Positions 59,674 through 64,000 of a stretch of DNA of 64,000 bases are shown here, one piece after another. This DNA comes from Spirochaetaceae bacterium. GTDB lineage: Bacteria > Spirochaetota > Spirochaetia > DSM-2461. The position numbers and the translations under genes are program-made. The stretch lies in assembly GCA_051531975.1 (NCBI GenBank), contig JAOPTT010000009.1, forward strand, positions 465,456-529,455. The letters are read 5' to 3'. The number at the start of each line of letters is the position of its first letter. Positions within the stretch are counted from its first letter, which is position 1. The notes under the pieces are model-generated. The model worked only from the letters and a program-made list of their open reading frames with translations, ran no database searches and was not told where the DNA came from.

Positions 59674-60375
59674 ATGTTAATGTACGTAGAACCAACCAAT
59701 GCTGATCCAGTAAATTGTCCTTATATAGATGGAAATAAATTTAGGCAAAGATACACCGTTGTTAAGGATTTAACAGGTGCTGACTTTGATATGTTTCTGC
59801 TTAACGGGTGGCGACATTTTGGTAATTTCTTTTTTATGCCAAATTGTGATAATTGTAATGCATGTAGACCAATCCGTACTTTAGTTTCTGAGTTTAAAGC
59901 AAGTAAAAGCCAGCGTCGTAATTTTAATAAAAACAATAACAGTGTTGAAGTTGCATTTTCCGATCTAGTATATTCCCAAGAAATATATAATGTATATAAA
60001 AAACATTCAGATGTTAAGTTTGATCAAGAAACCACTGAGAAAGAATTCAGAGAAAGCTTTTTTAAAGATGCCTTAATGGGTAGCAGCAAACTTTCATTAT
60101 ATAAAATAGAGAATATATTAGTCGGGGTAGGGTTTATTGATATCTCAGATACTGGTATAAGCTCAATCTATTTTTGCTACGATACTGATTATAGGGCCCT
60201 TGGTTTAGGTGTTTTTAGCGTAATTAAAGAGATCGAATATGCTAAATCCATAGGTAAATCTTATTATTATCTAGGTTATTATATTGAGGGAAACAAATCC
60301 ATGGAGTATAAAAATAAATATACTCCATCGGAGGTTTTAGATTGGGAAAAAAACAGATGGGTTAAATTTAAATAA
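59674..60375 (+). CDS. Arginyl-tRNA--protein transferase family (bacterial Ate/Bpt)
   Basis: CPYI, GWRHFG.FFF.PNC..C.AC.PIR, SKSQRR, SIYFCYD, LGVFS, YYYLGYYI...MEYK. Confidence 0.9.
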   Translation: MLMYVEPTNADPVNCPYIDGNKFRQRYTVVKDLTGADFDMFLLNGWRHFGNFFFMPNCDNCNACRPIRTLVSEFKASKSQRRNFNKNNNSVEVAFSDLVYSQEIYNVYKKHSDVKFDQETTEKEFRESFFKDALMGSSKLSLYKIENILVGVGFIDISDTGISSIYFCYDTDYRALGLGVFSVIKEIEYAKSIGKSYYYLGYYIEGNKSMEYKNKYTPSEVLDWEKNRWVKFK

Positions 60376-60390
60376 ATTAGGATTTAATTA

Positions 60391-61098
60391 CTATTTTAAT
60401 ATAGACCCACAACAGTCTTTAGTAGGTGGCAAATAGACTCGATCCACCTGATAGTTGTTAAAATCTATTGAAATGTAGCTATATGAATCATCCCATAAAC
60501 CTGTTAGAATTTTTATTAGTTCAAGGCTCTGCATAGATCCAATAATTCCAGCTGCGGCACCTATTACCTGTCTTTGTATATTTTGGGTTTCAGACTCTAA
60601 GCAGTTAAAACATGCACTTTTCCCAGGTATTATAATCTGAATAAAACCATACATCATCTCTATACCTGCTTCGATGAGTATTTTATTATGTTTAACAGCC
60701 TTATTACTTACAATTTTTCTGGTCTCATAATTATCAACACAATTAACTATAACATCATATTCGGGAAATAGCTCATCAGCTAGTGGATCTGTTAAATTAC
60801 ATGAGTAATACTTTAATTCTGTTTCTGAATTGAACTCTTTAAGGGAGTTAAAAGCGGATTTGGATTTATCCGCTCCTATGGAACTCTCCTTGTGTAAAAT
60901 TTGTCTATTAAGGTTTGATAACTCCAGTTTGTCCTTATCTACAATTCCAATTGATCCAATTCCTGCTGCTGTCAGATAGTATAGGGCTGCTGAACCAAGT
61001 CCCCCTGATCCAATAACAAGAACTTTTGAAGCGATGAGTTTTTTCTGTCCTTCTTTATCGATTATATCAGACTGTCTTGAGTATCTCTCAATGTTCAT
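60391..61098 (-). CDS. ThiF/MoeB/HesA family E1-like adenylyltransferase
   Basis: RYSRQ, GSGGLG, SNLNRQILH, DNYETR, ACFNC. Confidence 0.9.
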   Translation of the reverse strand: MNIERYSRQSDIIDKEGQKKLIASKVLVIGSGGLGSAALYYLTAAGIGSIGIVDKDKLELSNLNRQILHKESSIGADKSKSAFNSLKEFNSETELKYYSCNLTDPLADELFPEYDVIVNCVDNYETRKIVSNKAVKHNKILIEAGIEMMYGFIQIIIPGKSACFNCLESETQNIQRQVIGAAAGIIGSMQSLELIKILTGLWDDSYSYISIDFNNYQVDRVYLPPTKDCCGSILK

Positions 61099-61322
61099 CC
61101 GGCACCCACTAGCATTAAGAACTTAATATTATCACCTTCGGTTATTGGGTGTTTTCCATTTTTGATAGCTCCATTTACCATATATCCACAGACAAAATTA
61201 GTAGGAATTCCAATTTCGTCTTTTAATTCTGAAACTAGAGCCATGTTAGATCTTATTTCACCACTTTGAGGAATAAACTGCTTTAGTTTACCTGTGGCTG
61301 ATACATATATTGTTTTCATCAT
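61095..61322 (-). CDS. ThiS/MoaD-like beta-grasp protein ending in GAG
   Basis: 75 aa; MVNG...ITEGDNIKFLMLVGAG-stop; ATGA-coupled to the thiF-like gene. Confidence 0.75.
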   Translation of the reverse strand: MMKTIYVSATGKLKQFIPQSGEIRSNMALVSELKDEIGIPTNFVCGYMVNGAIKNGKHPITEGDNIKFLMLVGAG

Positions 61323-61345
61323 AAATTCTCAATCTCCCCCAGCTG

Positions 61346-61371
61346 ATAGGGCCTTTATATAAAGACCCTAT
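61346..61371 (-). other. Stem-loop between kduD and the ThiS-like gene
   Basis: Minus strand ATAGGGTCTTT-ATAT-AAAGGCCCTAT with one G.U pair; no U-tract follows. Confidence 0.5.
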
Positions 61372-61386
61372 TGTGAATCTTGTTAC

Positions 61387-62148
61387 CTAACGCGATAACC
61401 ATCCACCATCTACAGCAAGTGTATAACCCTGTATATATCGGCAGGCATCTGACGATAAGAATACAGCTGCTCCATGTAAATCGGAAGGTTTCCCCCATCT
61501 TCCTGCAGGAATACGTCCAATAATTTCAGAATTTCTCTTCTCATCTGCTCTTAATGCTGCAGTATTGTTGGTTGCCATATACCCAGGGGCAATTGCATTA
61601 ACATTAATACCGTACTGACCCCACTCATTTGCCATTAAACGTGTTACTCCCATAACTCCACTTTTACTTGCAGTATAGGAAGGAACCCTGATTCCACCCT
61701 GAAAAGATAACATACTGGCAACATTTACAATATTACCACCACTCTCCTGTTTAATAAACTGTCTTGCAACTGCTTGGCTAAAAAAGAATAGTGTCTTTAC
61801 GTTTATATTCATAACGTCATCCCAATCTTTTTCGGAGAAGTCTATAGCATCGTCCCTTCTAATAATTCCAGCATTATTAATAAGAATATCAATTTTACCA
61901 TACTCTTTCAAAGCTGATTCAATAATCATCCCAATTGGTTCAATACTTAAAAGATTTGCTTTTATAGGAAGGAATTTTCTTCCCAATTTTTCCACCAAAT
62001 CTTTTGTTTCATCCATATCAACATAATCGACACCAACTATATCAGCTCCAGCTTCTGCAAGACCTAATAACATCCCCTGACCTAAACCTGTACTTGCTCC
62101 TGTAACTATTGCTACTTTTCCATCTAAATTAAAATTATCTAATATCAT
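61387..62148 (-). CDS. kduD: 2-dehydro-3-deoxy-D-gluconate 5-dehydrogenase (SDR)
   Basis: TGASTGLGQG, NNAGIIRR, ASMLSFQGGIRVPSYTASKSG, IPAGRWG, VDGGWL; GGAGAG SD before ATG 62148. Confidence 0.93.
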   Translation of the reverse strand: MILDNFNLDGKVAIVTGASTGLGQGMLLGLAEAGADIVGVDYVDMDETKDLVEKLGRKFLPIKANLLSIEPIGMIIESALKEYGKIDILINNAGIIRRDDAIDFSEKDWDDVMNINVKTLFFFSQAVARQFIKQESGGNIVNVASMLSFQGGIRVPSYTASKSGVMGVTRLMANEWGQYGINVNAIAPGYMATNNTAALRADEKRNSEIIGRIPAGRWGKPSDLHGAAVFLSSDACRYIQGYTLAVDGGWLSR

Positions 62149-62175
62149 TATTCTCTCCAATTCTTATTTTATTTT

Positions 62176-63195
62176 TTATCTGCAGTCTATTAGTACTTTC
62201 ATTGCATTTGAGTCTTTTTTTGAAAGTTCATCCATTACTTCCTGTAACTCAGCCATAGGAGCAATTTTAGTTATAATTTCTTTTAGTGGTAAATCTCCTG
62301 AAACGGCAAGATCTATCGCTTTTTCATAATCAATACTTTCATAAACCCTTGCACCAACTAGCTCAAGTTCCCTCAAGAAAAATGCTTTAAGGTCTATTTC
62401 TGTAGGTTGACCAAAGATACCAACAACAACTATCCGTCCCCTTGCTCTAGATAGCTTTGTCATATCCCTTGCTCCAGCTTTGGAGGCTGATGCTTCAAAT
62501 ACAACATCCACACCAACACCATCAGTCCATTTATCTACATATTCATCTATGGGTTGTTCTATTGGGTTAACTGTCTTTAAGTTAAGTTTCTCTGCAAAAT
62601 CAAGTCGAAATTTATTAACTTCTGAAATCACTACATCAGCACCAGCATGTCTAGCTACCAGTGAAACAAGAAGTCCAATAGGGCCTCCTCCTATAACTAC
62701 TACTTTGTCACCCTTTTGTACTCGACCCCTTGAAATATCGTGACAGGCTACAGCAAGTGGTTCAATTAATGCCGCAAAGTCAAGAGATAACTCTTTAGGT
62801 ATTTTGTGAATTGTTTCTGCAGGAACTATCCAGTTTGACTGGATAGCCCCAGAGGTATCTACTCCAAGAAAGTTCAAGTTGTAACATATATGGCTGTTCC
62901 CGGATTTACATGCGGCGCACTCTCCACAAGAGGATAGAGGTCTTATTACAACCCTATCTCCAATTTTAATGTTACTAACATTATCTCCAATCTGGGATAC
63001 TACTCCGGAACACTCATGCCCCATAATGTGTGGAATTTTGACCCTCTGATCCATAACTCCATGGAATATATGGAGATCAGTCCCACAAATACCACAATAG
63101 GAAATTTTTACTTCAACTTCATCGTTAGCCAGAGATCCATTTGTTACTTCTTTTACACTTATATCTTCATTGCCATTATAAAAGGTTGCAATCAT
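62176..63195 (-). CDS. Zn-dependent (MDR) sugar-acid/polyol dehydrogenase
   Basis: GICGTD, GHE, CGECAAC..G..HIC, EPLAV, GGGPIG; GGAGGGG SD. Confidence 0.9.
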   Translation of the reverse strand: MIATFYNGNEDISVKEVTNGSLANDEVEVKISYCGICGTDLHIFHGVMDQRVKIPHIMGHECSGVVSQIGDNVSNIKIGDRVVIRPLSSCGECAACKSGNSHICYNLNFLGVDTSGAIQSNWIVPAETIHKIPKELSLDFAALIEPLAVACHDISRGRVQKGDKVVVIGGGPIGLLVSLVARHAGADVVISEVNKFRLDFAEKLNLKTVNPIEQPIDEYVDKWTDGVGVDVVFEASASKAGARDMTKLSRARGRIVVVGIFGQPTEIDLKAFFLRELELVGARVYESIDYEKAIDLAVSGDLPLKEIITKIAPMAELQEVMDELSKKDSNAMKVLIDCR

Positions 63196-63304
63196 AACCC
63201 CTCCTTATTTTATATGATTTAATTTTATTCAATTAAAATATCAGTCATTCAAGTGATATTCCTAACTTTGCCATACATGCAATTACCTCGTATGAACATA
63301 ATAA

Positions 63305-63333
63305 ATAGTAGTGCCCGACCTGTTTTTTGTCAA
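63305..63333 (-). promoter_or_regulatory. sigma70 promoter of the dehydrogenase-kduD operon
   Basis: Minus strand TTGACA-17-TACTAT. Confidence 0.7.
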
Positions 63334-63340
63334 TGCTTAA

Positions 63341-63357
63341 TTGTCAACAATCTACAA
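63341..63357. promoter_or_regulatory. Operator copy 1 (TTGTCAACAATCTACAA)
   Basis: 15/17 identical to the copy at 63802-63818; TTGT-N2-ACAA core. Confidence 0.65.
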
Positions 63358-63801
63358 GTAGCTAAAAAGAGAGGGTAAATAGAGACATCATAAATCGATC
63401 CGCTCTTAATTATTTAATCAATATCAAGATATATATATTATAAAGTCTGGGTTACTATTGTTAATAGAAAGATGTAAATATAATCTAATGTTATACACCA
63501 CCAGAATGGTGGTAAATTCAAGGAATAGAATGATTTATTTGATGGATGAAATATCTCTAACAACTATGTAATCAGAATACATAGAAAAAATTCTTTATAG
63601 TAATAGATTATAAATTTATACTACAAACTCTTATTAAAATTATAGAAGTTAATAATCCAAAGAGTTCATATCGCTTCGTATCCCCCAATGTAAAGTTTGG
63701 CATATTTAAAAAAAATCACATCTTTAAATAATACAGATCAATAGAACATTTATATACCTTTCTACCCTAATTAGGGAAAGCGCATCACAGTTGACAGTTT
63801 A

Positions 63802-63833
63802 TTGTTGACAATCTACAAAAGCGGGTGTAACAT
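63802..63833 (+). promoter_or_regulatory. sigma70 promoter with overlapping operator copy 2
   Basis: TTGACA(63805)-17-TAACAT; TTGTTGACAATCTACAA overlaps the -35. Confidence 0.7.
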
Positions 63834-63861
63834 TAATAAAAATTAAAAAGGAGTACAGGAA

Positions 63862-64000
63862 ATGAAGAAAATTTCACTTGTATTAGTATTGGTTCTTAAT
63901 GTTATGGCATTTGGTTTTGCAAATGGGCAGAAGGAAGCAAAAGAAACAGAAACAAAAACAATTGAATTGTGGTCATTGTTTACAGAAGGGAATCCAATGA
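63862..64000 (+). CDS. Start of a sugar ABC transporter substrate-binding protein (3'-truncated)
   Basis: AAGGAG SD; MKKISLVLVLVLNVMAFGFANGQKEAKETETKTIELWSLFTEG; open to the window end. Confidence 0.75.
   Translation, partial: MKKISLVLVLVLNVMAFGFANGQKEAKETETKTIELWSLFTEGNPM

Noticed and set aside
59674..61322. Ate/Bpt next to an E1-like and a Ubl-like gene as a bacterial N-degron/ubiquitin system
   Set aside because: The genes are convergent rather than operonic, and no E2, E3 or JAB gene is present. Adjacency is probably coincidental.
208..63222. Numerous 60-165-aa ORFs antisense to or nested within long genes (e.g. 32106-32603, 25700-26071, 18133-18462)
   Set aside because: Shadow ORFs of well-supported genes, with no motifs or translation signals.
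63360..63760. Possible small ORF or gene remnant (31-aa minus-strand ORF MPNFTLGDTKR...) and the hairpin ACCACCA-GAA-TGGTGGT at 63497-63513
   Set aside because: No SD, no recognisable homology and multiple stops in other frames, so it cannot be supported.
1..64000. tRNA/rRNA genes, CRISPR arrays, IS elements, prophage and defence genes
   Set aside because: No cloverleaf or rRNA-like GC-rich tracts, no regularly spaced repeats and no transposase, integrase or nuclease motifs were seen by eye.

Overview
AT-rich bacterial chromosomal window, inferred to come from a free-living spirochaete (Spirochaetaceae-like). The inference rests on the nif3-lspA-small membrane protein and rsmI-flgM-ADH-like-trmH gene orders, the HATPase-HDOD protein and the FAxGxxE periplasmic binding-protein N-termini. 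I saw no rRNA, tRNA, CRISPR array, transposase or phage gene. Bases 1-16.7 kb hold the most interesting locus, a surface-glycan/signalling island. It encodes a large membrane-anchored protein with repeated beta-sandwich domains, a LruC/DUF4842 lipoprotein behind a clear sigma54 promoter, an NtrC-type activator, a flippase, GT4 and GT2 enzymes, a pseudo-receiver::polyprenol-phosphate glycosyltransferase fusion, a beta-barrel-like protein, three more receiver proteins, and a binding-protein/histidine-kinase pair. Bases 16.8-36.6 kb are accessory metabolism: rhodanese, osmoprotectant ABC transporter, dioxygenase, CDGSH-glutamate-synthase-like protein, DUF1611 plus PLP racemase, ECF sigma factor, two MCPs, GntR and nitroreductase. 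Bases 36.6-51 kb are core genes: leuS, an lspA-like gene lacking a catalytic Asp, nif3, HDOD, trmH-family, flgM with a sigma28 promoter, rsmI, HD-GYP and U32. Bases 51-64 kb are a sugar-acid catabolic region (uxuAB, GntR, membrane-anchored AraC, TRAP transporter, kduD, Zn-dehydrogenase, start of a sugar-binding protein) interrupted by ate and a ThiS/ThiF-like pair. About ten genes look leaderless. All family calls come from motif recognition by eye, not database searches.
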